Part shown: in pieces, positions 1 through 9,260 of the stretch
How positions within the stretch are numbered: position 1 is the stretch's first letter
Layout of the letters: each line of letters starts with the position of its first letter
Virus record (IMG/VR): IMGVR_UViG_3300012917_000005
Coordinates: 1 to 50,657 of that record
Source of the DNA: a virus
Taxonomy: Duplodnaviria > Caudoviricetes
DNA length: 50,657 nucleotides
Direction: 5' to 3' (one strand)
The notes under the pieces: generated by a model
The model's input: the letters and a program-made list of their open reading frames with translations, nothing else
Database searches by the model: none
Told to the model about the DNA's origin: nothing
Translations under genes and position numbers: made by a program

Positions 1-206
1 AAATGTTGTCTAGCTCTAGTCAAATTATAGAAATCATCGGATCTTCCAAAGGGAGTCGAGCAGTAGTACATAGAATCGAAACAGTGGTGTGCTAGAAGCC
101 CGTACGTAAGCTTTTCCTCATTGAGGTATAGTTGGGTACCTTTCCATGAAAATCTCTCTGTAGGAGCCACTGTAGCGTTGTTTTTAACATTTTGAACTTT
201 ATTCAT
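1..206 (-). CDS. Hypothetical protein, runs off the left edge (MNKVQNVKNN...DFYNLTRARQH)
   Basis: ATG at 206 preceded by AAGGAG; frame open to position 1; not in the ORF track. Confidence 0.6.
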   Translation of the reverse strand, partial: MNKVQNVKNNATVAPTERFSWKGTQLYLNEEKLTYGLLAHHCFDSMYYCSTPFGRSDDFYNLTRARQH

Positions 207-234
207 ATATTTCTCCTTTTATTAAAAATAAAAC

Positions 235-263
235 TTGACATTGGTTAAATAGTATGATATAGA
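235..263 (+). promoter_or_regulatory. Sigma70-type promoter for the structural arm
   Basis: TTGACA-N17-TATAGA with a TG extension and an AT-rich upstream tract. Confidence 0.65.
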
Positions 264-335
264 GATAAGACCTGGCCAAGGTAGATTAATTAGTTAATTA
301 AACTTAATATAACATAAAAGGATATATTAATCAAT

Positions 336-557
336 ATGAATTATGATCATAACAAACAAGATAGTTATAATGGAATAATGGGTTCTCCTATGGATGCTAA
401 GAAACATCCTGCCCATAAGATCTCTCATCCTCATGGTAATCATGGAACTCTACCTGACGTAGGTTCTCATGATAACTCCCATGGTAGGTCTTCTATAGGA
501 TCTCCTCTTCTTCAAGGACAAGCAGATAGTGGTAGTCCTTCTGGGATGCCTATGTAA
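336..557 (+). CDS. Small G/S/H/P-rich low-complexity protein
   Basis: First ORF after the promoter; TAATG-coupled to the next ORF. Confidence 0.7.
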   Translation: MNYDHNKQDSYNGIMGSPMDAKKHPAHKISHPHGNHGTLPDVGSHDNSHGRSSIGSPLLQGQADSGSPSGMPM

Positions 558-784
558 TGAAAAAGAGTAGAGGTGCTAAAGTACAACACAGTAACATTCA
601 TCCTTCATTTCCTACTCAAGGACAAGAGTCTTCTCCTCCTCAGTCTATGAGTTCTGCTCCTATGAAGGAAGGTAGAGGAATGACCCCAGCAGTAAATCAA
701 GACCCTAATATGGGTATGTCTAATCCAGGATCCTATTCAGGATATTCTGGAGGTAATTACTCTTCAGCTCAGGATGCCTATTAA
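557..784 (+). CDS. Small S/G/P/Q-rich low-complexity protein
   Basis: TAATG coupling at both ends. Confidence 0.7.
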   Translation: MKKSRGAKVQHSNIHPSFPTQGQESSPPQSMSSAPMKEGRGMTPAVNQDPNMGMSNPGSYSGYSGGNYSSAQDAY

Positions 785-1143
785 TGACATACTCAACAGG
801 ACAACCCTATGGAGATAGTCCTCCTAGTCTAGGTCTATCTAAAGTAGCTGGAGTAAGTATCGATAGTTATAAACTTCCCATTAACGATGTAGACAAAGTC
901 AGAAGGAATTTCCCCTGCTATGAAGTCAACCAATACTTCACGTTACAAGACATTCAGTCCGGAGATACTGAAGGAACTACAGACACAGATGCAGAATCAC
1001 ATGGCTCAGCCTATGGTAAACCCTCAGGAGAGTTCGGACAATCAGGAGGAGGTTATACCAAAACCTACAAAGCCTATAAGAATGCCTCTAGATCCAAAGG
1101 AGGAACCATCGGATCAATCAAAGCTCTTGGACGAGGACGTTAG
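784..1143 (+). CDS. Hypothetical protein
   Basis: TAATG-coupled start. Confidence 0.6.
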   Translation: MTYSTGQPYGDSPPSLGLSKVAGVSIDSYKLPINDVDKVRRNFPCYEVNQYFTLQDIQSGDTEGTTDTDAESHGSAYGKPSGEFGQSGGGYTKTYKAYKNASRSKGGTIGSIKALGRGR

Positions 1144-1237
1144 GACGAATCCAGAGCGAAGCGGGGTAGAGGAAGGTAAATATCCCTATCCAGAAGTATT
1201 TAAGAAAATGCTTAGGGACTTCAGAAATGCGAAGTAA
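920..1237 (+). CDS. Hypothetical protein overlapping 784-1143 in another frame
   Basis: 105-aa ORF that bridges to and overlaps the start of 1227. Confidence 0.5.
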   Translation: MKSTNTSRYKTFSPEILKELQTQMQNHMAQPMVNPQESSDNQEEVIPKPTKPIRMPLDPKEEPSDQSKLLDEDVRTNPERSGVEEGKYPYPEVFKKMLRDFRNAK

Positions 1238-1565
1238 ACAAATACATGAAGGCTATCTAATGGTCGATCATAGAGCTTCTCCTGGGCTAACTCCAGAAGA
1301 AGCTGTAAGACTAGGTTATTCTCCTGGTCTTGTTGGAGAGAACCAACTATTTGAGACTAAAACTAATCACTGTTCTCATTGTGGAACTGTAGTAATTATA
1401 AATCCTCTTCGTACGAGGGAGAGATCCTACTGTTCTAAATGTGATAAATATATCTGTGATAACTGCGGTATCAGTTCAAAACTACCAGATTATGTACATA
1501 AAACTTATATTCAACAACAAGAAGAAGGTCTGACCTTCTACGCTAATCAAGGAAACATTAATTAA
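1227..1565 (+). CDS. Zinc-finger protein
   Basis: Three CxxC pairs (CSHC, CSKC, CDNC). Confidence 0.75.
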   Translation: MRSKQIHEGYLMVDHRASPGLTPEEAVRLGYSPGLVGENQLFETKTNHCSHCGTVVIINPLRTRERSYCSKCDKYICDNCGISSKLPDYVHKTYIQQQEEGLTFYANQGNIN

Positions 1566-2101
1566 TGGCTAAACGAAATTTCAACACCTTTGGTGTTACT
1601 TTCCCTGCTACTGCCTTAGCTACTGCTGCAACTACCAGTGGTTATATGGCTATGGTCGGATCATCTACTACGCAAGTTACAGATATCAATGAAATTCTAA
1701 TTACAGGTACTGCATCCGCATCTACTATAGGTGCATTTGCCTTTATTCCCATCTCTACTGCCCAGACTGGCGGTGCATCTGCTTTAGTCGCTCCTAATTC
1801 AGATGGACCTATGCAGTCTAATGCTACACCTGTAATTAATACAACCTTTATCGCTGCTGTTACAACGCAACCTCAAGCATCTAATGGTATTACTGCACCT
1901 AAGATCAACGTAGGTCTTAATACCTTCGGTGGAATCTTACGATGGAATGCAGCTCCTACTCAACAAATGACTTTAATAGGTAATGCTATCTTCGCTGCTG
2001 GTACTCCAGTTACCTTCGGACAAGCAATGCTTCTGAATATGTCTGCTGGTACTGGTGCGTCTACTACAGCTAACATTCATATTATCTACGAACCCTACTA
2101 A
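1565..2101 (+). CDS. Putative virion accessory beta-strand protein
   Basis: A/T/G/S-rich, few charged residues; coupled within the late operon. Confidence 0.6.
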   Translation: MAKRNFNTFGVTFPATALATAATTSGYMAMVGSSTTQVTDINEILITGTASASTIGAFAFIPISTAQTGGASALVAPNSDGPMQSNATPVINTTFIAAVTTQPQASNGITAPKINVGLNTFGGILRWNAAPTQQMTLIGNAIFAAGTPVTFGQAMLLNMSAGTGASTTANIHIIYEPY

Positions 2102-2481
2102 TGGCTGCTTCTTTCTCCGATTCATATCAACTCGCTCAAGATCCTGTCTTCCAAGGTAGAGTCGGAGCTGGTCTGTTTACCTATTGTCAAGTAGTAGGAA
2201 CAGAAGGTTGGACTGTAGCTTTTCATAGAGAACGTGCACAGTTTGCAGTACAAATCTTTAATGCTACATTAAACGCTCAAGGAATCAATCCTTATCAAGT
2301 AATGTTCTCTCATTCAGTAGCTTCAGATGTTACTGTTTTAGCTGACGCTACTATAAGTGGTACAATTCCTATTACGTCTACTGCTATAGCAGCCACTCAA
2401 GCAGTTTTAGTAACCGATACTCACATTTCTAATGCGATAGCTTCTCAGTTTAATAGTTATATAAGGGTTCCTAACGGATAA
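2101..2481 (+). CDS. Hypothetical, probably virion-associated protein
   Basis: Coupled ORF in the late operon. Confidence 0.65.
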   Translation: MAASFSDSYQLAQDPVFQGRVGAGLFTYCQVVGTEGWTVAFHRERAQFAVQIFNATLNAQGINPYQVMFSHSVASDVTVLADATISGTIPITSTAIAATQAVLVTDTHISNAIASQFNSYIRVPNG

Positions 2482-2487
2482 TAGCCA

Positions 2488-4470
2488 ATGGCTTTAGTCC
2501 GAACTAATGTAAGTACTACTGTTAAAGCCCCTGGTACTGCAACATCAGTTACTACAGCTAGTTTTACACCAGCTGATAATTCATTAGTAGTTGTTTTTGC
2601 TGGTCTTCAATCAAGTAATAACTCTTTAGCAGCTAGTATAAGTGGTGGTAGTCTAACTTGGACTAAACAAGCACAAGCTGGTGTAGATGTATCTAACTTT
2701 GGACATTTCAGTATTTTATGGACAGCACCTGTAACAACAGGTGCATCTATGACTGTAACAGTAGGCAACATGCCTTCAGATGGAACTGCTGAAGGTATAG
2801 TCCATGTTTTCTATTATACAGGACATAATACCAGTACACCTGTAGGAGGAACTGCTTCTGCAACTGCTGCTTTTAACTCGGCAGTTAATTTAACATTAAG
2901 TTCAGCTCCTGCTACGACATCAGAAGTAATAGCAGGTGCATCAGATGATACAGGTTCTGGTGCAGCTAATATTACAACAGGTACTGGTTGGACACAGCAG
3001 ACACATGTTAGTGATACTGCTAATACTGATTCTCAGACTCAGACTAGAACAAGTTCAACATCTACAAACGTATTATGGAATAGTAATGCCGCTGGTACCA
3101 ATGGATGTGCCGTTGCAATAGAAATTGTAGTCGCTACAGCTGCAGGAAATCCATTTGTAAATAATACAGATTTACCCACCAGGGGATTTGTCTATTCTGA
3201 ATGGCAAAGGTGGACAGAGAGTGGACTAACTACTCTTCCTACTCCTACAGTATTAACTCAGACTTTAAGAGTTAAAAGTGATTTTCCTAATCCTTATCCA
3301 GTAACATGGTATAGATCTTGGGAACATAGAGGAAATTCTTTACTTCCAAGACCAACACCATTTCGCCCAATAGATACATATGCGTTTCTACCGATATATT
3401 ACAATGTTAATATTTGGCAGGAAACAGGTAACTCTAGTCTTCCGATACCTCTGACTCCTCAAGGTCAGCCGTTTAATCAAGACTTAAGTCAGAATAATAT
3501 ACCGAATCTTACTTGGTATCAGAGTTGGACATGGTCTGGTAATTCTCTAACAGCAGTCATTAAAAGTCCATTTAGCCAAAATAGTTGGCCTAATCCTCAG
3601 CCAGTAAGTTGGTATCAATCTTGGACACAAAGTTTTCAGCTAGTAATACCATTTAATCAGACGGACTGGCCATTACCAAAGACTTATCAACCATTATTAC
3701 AAACATGGTCTCAAAGTCTAAATCTATTCTATCAATCTGAGGTATTTCCTTTCGTACAGTCGGATTATCCTAATCCACAGAGAATAATTTGGTATCAAGA
3801 TTGGTTTCAGAGTCTATTACAAAGTACTTTAAAACCTGCCTTTCAGGCACCATTTAATCAGTTTGATTGGCCTTTACCTAGAACATATCAGCCTATTGAT
3901 CAATTCTGGTATAATGGTTTACAACTTCTACCTAGACCTACACCATTCTTCCAGAATGTAGATGCACCACTTCCTGTAATTAGTCAGCCTATCGATCAGA
4001 CATGGTTACAAAATCTTCTATTATTCTTTCAGTCAAATACCTTTCCCTTCTCTCAAACAGATTGGAAGAATCCTTATCCAATATATTGGTTTAGAGATTA
4101 TAATCAGAATTTAGTAATCTATCTACCTGTAGGTATAAAACCTTTTAATCAATCTGATTGGCCTCTATCTTATAGTCCACAACCTATTGATCAATATTAC
4201 TATCAAGCTTTAGTTCTCAACTTACCAGAACCTCTCCCACCTCCAGAAATAATATCTTCTGGTCGACAAATAACTGAAGCAGAAGTAATGGCTGAGGTAG
4301 CGCAATGGTGGAAAAGACAAGAAGATTCAAGTTTAATACATCCATCTGAGTTTGCTCGATTAGGGGCCTCCAAAGGTGGTATAGCTAGGGCTAAAGCTCT
4401 AACTCCAACACAAAGATCTAACATTGCTACCATAGGAGCACAAACTAGATGGCCGTCCCCGCGAAGGTAA
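2488..4470 (+). CDS. Multidomain protein: T/S/A/G-rich beta domain, PFxQxDWPxP repeats, basic C-terminal KGG motif
   Basis: 660-aa ORF; repeats visible in the translation. Confidence 0.8.
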   Translation: MALVRTNVSTTVKAPGTATSVTTASFTPADNSLVVVFAGLQSSNNSLAASISGGSLTWTKQAQAGVDVSNFGHFSILWTAPVTTGASMTVTVGNMPSDGTAEGIVHVFYYTGHNTSTPVGGTASATAAFNSAVNLTLSSAPATTSEVIAGASDDTGSGAANITTGTGWTQQTHVSDTANTDSQTQTRTSSTSTNVLWNSNAAGTNGCAVAIEIVVATAAGNPFVNNTDLPTRGFVYSEWQRWTESGLTTLPTPTVLTQTLRVKSDFPNPYPVTWYRSWEHRGNSLLPRPTPFRPIDTYAFLPIYYNVNIWQETGNSSLPIPLTPQGQPFNQDLSQNNIPNLTWYQSWTWSGNSLTAVIKSPFSQNSWPNPQPVSWYQSWTQSFQLVIPFNQTDWPLPKTYQPLLQTWSQSLNLFYQSEVFPFVQSDYPNPQRIIWYQDWFQSLLQSTLKPAFQAPFNQFDWPLPRTYQPIDQFWYNGLQLLPRPTPFFQNVDAPLPVISQPIDQTWLQNLLLFFQSNTFPFSQTDWKNPYPIYWFRDYNQNLVIYLPVGIKPFNQSDWPLSYSPQPIDQYYYQALVLNLPEPLPPPEIISSGRQITEAEVMAEVAQWWKRQEDSSLIHPSEFARLGASKGGIARAKALTPTQRSNIATIGAQTRWPSPRR

Positions 4471-4586
4471 GTAAATACGCACAGAAGATTGGTAAGCTAG
4501 GGGGTAGACCTAAAAAGGAAAACCTGGCAAGCATAGGTGATAATACTATTAAAACCAGGCAAGCATCCAGTGGTCGTAGTAGGTAA
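4449..4586 (+). CDS. Small basic protein with GGRPK (AT-hook-like) motif, 45 aa
   Basis: Manual translation MAVPAKVSKYAQKIGKLGGRPKK...; AGGAG upstream. Confidence 0.55.
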   Translation: MAVPAKVSKYAQKIGKLGGRPKKENLASIGDNTIKTRQASSGRSR

Positions 4587-4599
4587 ACCAGGCAAGCAT
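4520..4599 (+). repeat. Three 15-bp direct repeats AAACCWGGCAAGCAT
   Basis: Copies start at 4520, 4552 and 4585. Confidence 0.85.
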
Positions 4600-4732
4600 G
4601 CCCGTAGGATATGAAAAAATAAGAGATTCCTTTATTCGTAAAGGTATGTCTCGTAAGGCTGCTCAAGGTAAAGCAGCTAGAATATGGAATTCAAAACATA
4701 AAGGCTCACAAGCCGTAGGAAGAGGAAAATAA
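4598..4732 (+). CDS. Small basic protein, 44 aa
   Basis: Manual translation MPVGYEKIRDSFIRKGMSRKAAQGKAARIWN...; TAATG-coupled to 4732. Confidence 0.6.
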   Translation: MPVGYEKIRDSFIRKGMSRKAAQGKAARIWNSKHKGSQAVGRGK

Positions 4733-5046
4733 TGGTTCAATATTTAAGTGGTCCTGATATTGCAGGATTTTACAATACAGTCGGAGCTTCGACTACAGGA
4801 ACATTTAGTGCTACTCAAGGTTCAGCTACAGGAGCTAAAGGAGATTATTTAGATAGTCTTACTATAGTCGCTAGTGCTGCTCCTGGAGTATTTACTTTGT
4901 TAGATGGTGGGACTACAGTTATGACATATACTCCTGCCGCTAATTCAGCATCTAATCTATTCATTAGAGCTTATTCTAAAGTAGGAGCATGGAATGTTTC
5001 TACAGGCGCTACTACTAATGTTGTAGCAGTAGGTAAATTTACTTAA
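4732..5046 (+). CDS. Putative virion accessory beta protein
   Basis: T/G/A-rich 104-aa ORF ending AVGKFT. Confidence 0.6.
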   Translation: MVQYLSGPDIAGFYNTVGASTTGTFSATQGSATGAKGDYLDSLTIVASAAPGVFTLLDGGTTVMTYTPAANSASNLFIRAYSKVGAWNVSTGATTNVVAVGKFT

Positions 5047-5052
5047 GTAGTT

Positions 5053-5331
5053 ATGATTGTTTGGGAAATTAGTCTAGGTACAATAGTAACTACAGCTACT
5101 ATTTTGTTTACTGTAGCTGGTTTCTATTGGAAACAAACTATAGATGCGGCACAAATTAAAGAAGATGTACACGATATAAAATCAGAATTAAAAGGTTTAA
5201 ATAAAGTAGTAATTGATATGGCCATACAAACGCAACGCTTAGATAACCAAGCAGAACGTCTTACTTTATTTGAACGTAGATTTGATAAGGTCCTTGAATA
5301 TATTAAAATACATGGTATGTCGGTAGATTAA
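5053..5331 (+). CDS. Membrane-anchored coiled-coil protein
   Basis: N-terminal hydrophobic helix followed by a heptad pattern. Confidence 0.65.
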   Translation: MIVWEISLGTIVTTATILFTVAGFYWKQTIDAAQIKEDVHDIKSELKGLNKVVIDMAIQTQRLDNQAERLTLFERRFDKVLEYIKIHGMSVD

Positions 5332-6917
5332 TGGGCAGACCTAAAGGAAGTCTAAATAAATCTAAGATTAAGTTATCGGATGTAAGAGCAGATCGTAAGT
5401 TCCTTGCTGAGTCTTCTTTAATAGAGTTTATTAATCTAGTTCATCCTAAAAGAGTCTTAGGTAATGTTCATAGAGAAGTAATTAGTTGGTGGTGTAAACA
5501 AGAATCTAAATCTCATCAGCTTCTTCTATTACCTAGAGATCATATGAAATCTACTCTTCTAGCTTATAGATTAGTCTGGGAGTTAACTAAAGATCCTACC
5601 AAGAGAATTCTACTTATATCCAGTACTTCTAATTTAGCTATTAAACAATTAAAGTTTATTAAAGATATTCTTACTAACGATACGTATAGAATCTATTGGC
5701 CAGAGATGGTTGAAAGAGAGGAAGCTAAACGTGAGAAATGGACAGAGAGAGAAATATCAGTTGACCATCCTCTCAGAAAAGCTGAATCTATAAGAGATCC
5801 TTCTATATTTACTGCAGGTCTTACTAGCAATATTGTAGGTCTACATTGTGATATAGCAGCACTTGATGATGTGGTCGTTGAGTCTAATGCTTATTTACAA
5901 GATGGTAGAGAGAAAGTACAAAGTCAATATTCTCTTTTATCATCAATAGAATCAGTAAATGCAAAAGAATGGGTGGTCGGGACTAGATACCATCCTAAAG
6001 ATTTATATTCTAGTCTACAAGATATGGAGATTGAAGATTACGATGAATTGGGCAATGTTTCCAATGCTACCCCTCTATTTGAGGTATTTGAACGACAGGT
6101 CGAATCAGTTGGAGATGGCACAGGAGAATTTCTCTGGCCTAGACAACAAAGAACAGACGGACGATGGTTTGGATTCGACAGTAAAATCTTGGCCACAAAA
6201 AGAGCACAGTACATTAACAAAGTACACTTTAGGGCCCAGTACTATAACGATCCGCACGACATCGATTCGTCCGCAATTAAACGAGATTTGTTCCAGTACT
6301 ACAACCCAGCCTTCCTCGGACAGAAAGATGGAAGATGGTTCTTTAAGAACGAACGTCTCAACGTCGTCGCAGCCGTCGATTTCGCATATTCGTCAGGGAA
6401 AAGGGCGGATCACTCAGCGATAGTAGTCGTAGGCGTAGATGGTAAAGGTAACTACTATATTCTAGATATAGATAGATTCAAAACAGATAAGATATCTGAC
6501 TACTTTAATAGAATATTAAAACTACATGAGAAATGGGCTTTTCATAAACTAAGAGCAGAAGTCTCTGTAGCTCAACAGGTAATAGTCAGAGATCTTAAAG
6601 ATAATTACATCAGACCTTTTGGTTTGTCTCTCTCTGTAGAGGAGTATAGACCTTCTAGATGGCAGGGGTCCAAAGAAGAGCGTATTCAAGCTACTTTAGA
6701 ACCTAAATACTCTAATCTTCAAATGTGGCATTATGCTGGGGGTAATTGTCAAACATTAGAAGAAGAGCTTATATTTACTAATCCTGCTCATGACGATATA
6801 AAAGATGCTTTAGCTGCAGCCGTAGACTTTGCTGTGGTTCCTTTAGATATATTTAGAATGAAGAAAGATGCTCAAATAGTGTTTCAATTTCATAGTAAGT
6901 TCGGTGGAGTTACGTGA
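5331..6917 (+). CDS. terL: Terminase large subunit
   Basis: Walker A variant PRDHMKST, Walker B AALDDVV, coupling motif VGTRYH, nuclease motifs AVDFAY and HDDIKDA. Confidence 0.93.
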   Translation: MGRPKGSLNKSKIKLSDVRADRKFLAESSLIEFINLVHPKRVLGNVHREVISWWCKQESKSHQLLLLPRDHMKSTLLAYRLVWELTKDPTKRILLISSTSNLAIKQLKFIKDILTNDTYRIYWPEMVEREEAKREKWTEREISVDHPLRKAESIRDPSIFTAGLTSNIVGLHCDIAALDDVVVESNAYLQDGREKVQSQYSLLSSIESVNAKEWVVGTRYHPKDLYSSLQDMEIEDYDELGNVSNATPLFEVFERQVESVGDGTGEFLWPRQQRTDGRWFGFDSKILATKRAQYINKVHFRAQYYNDPHDIDSSAIKRDLFQYYNPAFLGQKDGRWFFKNERLNVVAAVDFAYSSGKRADHSAIVVVGVDGKGNYYILDIDRFKTDKISDYFNRILKLHEKWAFHKLRAEVSVAQQVIVRDLKDNYIRPFGLSLSVEEYRPSRWQGSKEERIQATLEPKYSNLQMWHYAGGNCQTLEEELIFTNPAHDDIKDALAAAVDFAVVPLDIFRMKKDAQIVFQFHSKFGGVT

Positions 6918-7159
6918 GCATTGTCACTCGTCTTACTAGACAGTTAGCTTCTAAAGGTGTCAAAGGCTCTAAAAACGTAGCTACAGGTTTATTAAGGAAA
7001 TATGGTGAGCTAAAAGGTAATAAACTTACTAGTAAAGGTAGGAAAAGACAAGCTTTAGGAAAAGCCGGTAGAGCTATATCGCGTGCCGCTAAATACAGTG
7101 GAAATCAAACAGGTGCTTATAAATACAATTCAAAAACTAATAGAGCGGTGAAGAAGTGA
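6914..7159 (+). CDS. Small highly basic protein
   Basis: K/R-rich; GTGA overlaps with both neighbours. Confidence 0.7.
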   Translation: MSIVTRLTRQLASKGVKGSKNVATGLLRKYGELKGNKLTSKGRKRQALGKAGRAISRAAKYSGNQTGAYKYNSKTNRAVKK

Positions 7160-8961
7160 CCGGTAAAGTACTAGAACTTCACAATGTAATCCAACCAGAT
7201 ATGTTAGCTACTCGTATTACTGAAAAGTGGGTACAGTGGGAGACATTACGTCAGGTAAAGAAGAATGACTGGGAAGAAGTACGTAGATATGTCTATGCTA
7301 CCGATACTACTCAAACGACCAATAACCAATTACCTTGGAAAAACAAAACAACTGTCCCAAAACTCTGTCAAATCAGGGACAATCTTTACTCTAACTACAC
7401 AGCAACTCTCTTTCCGCAGCGTAAGTGGCTTACATGGGAAGCAAACGAGCGGGATTCTAACTCCAGAGATAAACGGGATGCTATAACCAACTATATGGCT
7501 TGGGTAGTTTCTCAACCATCTTTTAAACATGAGATGGATAAGATTATCATGGATTATATAGATTTTGGTAATTGCTTCGGTACTGTCGAATGGGTAGACC
7601 AAAGAGTACAACTACCAGATAAGACACAAGTAGGATATGTAGGTCCAGCAGTCAGACGGATCTCTCCTCTTGATATTGTTTTTAATCCTACAGCAGAAAA
7701 CTTCTATCAATCTCCTAAGATTGTACGTTCTATTATTTCAATGGGAGAATTAAGAGATTATCTCCAGAGGGTATCTACTGATGAAAATAGACAACGTTAC
7801 ATGGAGTTATTTGATTATCTTAAGAATATTAGATTCCATGCTAGAACGTTCCAAGGAGATTGGATCCAGAGAGATCATCTCTATGCAATGGACGGATTCA
7901 CCTCGTTTCGGGCGTATTTATTACAAGATTTCGTAGAGATCATAACTTTTTACGGCGATTATTATGATTACATCAATGACATATTCGAGAAGAATAGGGT
8001 AATTACAGTAATAGATCGCCACAAGCTGATCTCCAACGAACCAGGTCCTTCATACTTCGGTTATGCCCCTATATTCCATGTTCCATGGCGTAAGAAGCAA
8101 GATAACCTATGGGGTATGGGACCTCTAGACAATCTAGTCGGTATGCAATATCGAATGGATCATATTGAAAACATGGGAGCAGATGTATGGGATTTAGTTA
8201 CATTCCCAGTACAGAAGGTTAAAGGATTCGTCGAAGACTTCACATGGCAACCAGGTGAAAAGATATTTGTATCAGATGAAGGAGATGTAGAACTATTAGT
8301 ACCCGAAGTCAACGTAATGCAATCCGATATGAAGATAGAACGTCTAGAACAATTGATGGAACAAATGGCAGGCGCCCCTCGAGAAGCAATGGGATTCCGA
8401 AGTCCAGGAGAAAAAACTAAGTATGAAGTTCAACGTTTAGAGAATGCCTCCGCACGTATCTATCAAAACAAGATTAAGCAGTTCGAGGAACAAGAAGAAG
8501 AACCTCTTTTAAATGCCCTCCTAGAGCTAGCTAGACGCAATATGGTAGGTGCTACGACGATTAAGATATTTGATGACGAGTTTAAATTAGCTACTTTCCA
8601 GACCCTTACAGTCGATGATATAACAGGTATAGGTCGTATTAAACCTGTAGCTGCTAGACATTTTGCAGAACAAGCAGAACTCATTCAGAATCTTACTAAT
8701 CTTACTCAATCTAATTTATGGCCTACAGTTCAACCTCACTTTTCAGGAGTTAAACTTGCTAAGATATTAGAGAAGACATTCAATTTAGAAGACTTTGAAG
8801 TAGTGACTCCCTACGTAGCTCTTGCTGAACAAGCAGATGGCCAGAAGCAGGCTCAAGCTCTGGAAGAGCAGATGCATCAATCGACTATGACTGCAACAGG
8901 TTTAGGTAATGACTTCGATATGGGACAGAATCCACCTCAAATTCAACCTCAAGGACAATAA
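7156..8961 (+). CDS. Portal protein (head-tail connector)
   Basis: 601 aa downstream of terL; motifs RISPLDIVFNP, WGMGP and EKTKYEV typical of podoviral portals. Confidence 0.85.
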   Translation: MTGKVLELHNVIQPDMLATRITEKWVQWETLRQVKKNDWEEVRRYVYATDTTQTTNNQLPWKNKTTVPKLCQIRDNLYSNYTATLFPQRKWLTWEANERDSNSRDKRDAITNYMAWVVSQPSFKHEMDKIIMDYIDFGNCFGTVEWVDQRVQLPDKTQVGYVGPAVRRISPLDIVFNPTAENFYQSPKIVRSIISMGELRDYLQRVSTDENRQRYMELFDYLKNIRFHARTFQGDWIQRDHLYAMDGFTSFRAYLLQDFVEIITFYGDYYDYINDIFEKNRVITVIDRHKLISNEPGPSYFGYAPIFHVPWRKKQDNLWGMGPLDNLVGMQYRMDHIENMGADVWDLVTFPVQKVKGFVEDFTWQPGEKIFVSDEGDVELLVPEVNVMQSDMKIERLEQLMEQMAGAPREAMGFRSPGEKTKYEVQRLENASARIYQNKIKQFEEQEEEPLLNALLELARRNMVGATTIKIFDDEFKLATFQTLTVDDITGIGRIKPVAARHFAEQAELIQNLTNLTQSNLWPTVQPHFSGVKLAKILEKTFNLEDFEVVTPYVALAEQADGQKQAQALEEQMHQSTMTATGLGNDFDMGQNPPQIQPQGQ

Positions 8962-9260
8962 TGTACACGGAATGGACTAGTCATCTTCCAGACCCAGAAG
9001 ATAAGAAAGAGTTCGAAAAGGCTGTTCTTAGATCTAGACATGTTTTAGAACGTCTAAGTACTATTTTAAGTATGAAAGAACATTCTATACAGATACATGA
9101 AACAGGTCTTAAACAGTTCGAAAGTCCAGCTTGGGACTATAAACAAGCATTCATTAATGGTCATAAAGCCATTATCCAATATATAAAAACTCTCATAGAC
9201 CAGAAAGAGACTAAGAATAATGACCGATATTCTAGACGAGACAAGCCTGCCAATAATTGA
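8961..9260 (+). CDS. Hypothetical protein between portal and scaffold
   Basis: Coupled ORF; gene position. Confidence 0.7.
   Translation: MYTEWTSHLPDPEDKKEFEKAVLRSRHVLERLSTILSMKEHSIQIHETGLKQFESPAWDYKQAFINGHKAIIQYIKTLIDQKETKNNDRYSRRDKPANN

Noticed and set aside
281-312. CtrA box (TTAA-N7-TTAA)
   Set aside because: Several TTAA words are present but none with 7-nt spacing
4520-4599. CRISPR array
   Set aside because: Repeats of 15 bp and spacers of 17-18 bp are too short; no cas operon (the Cas4-like nuclease is a common stand-alone phage gene)
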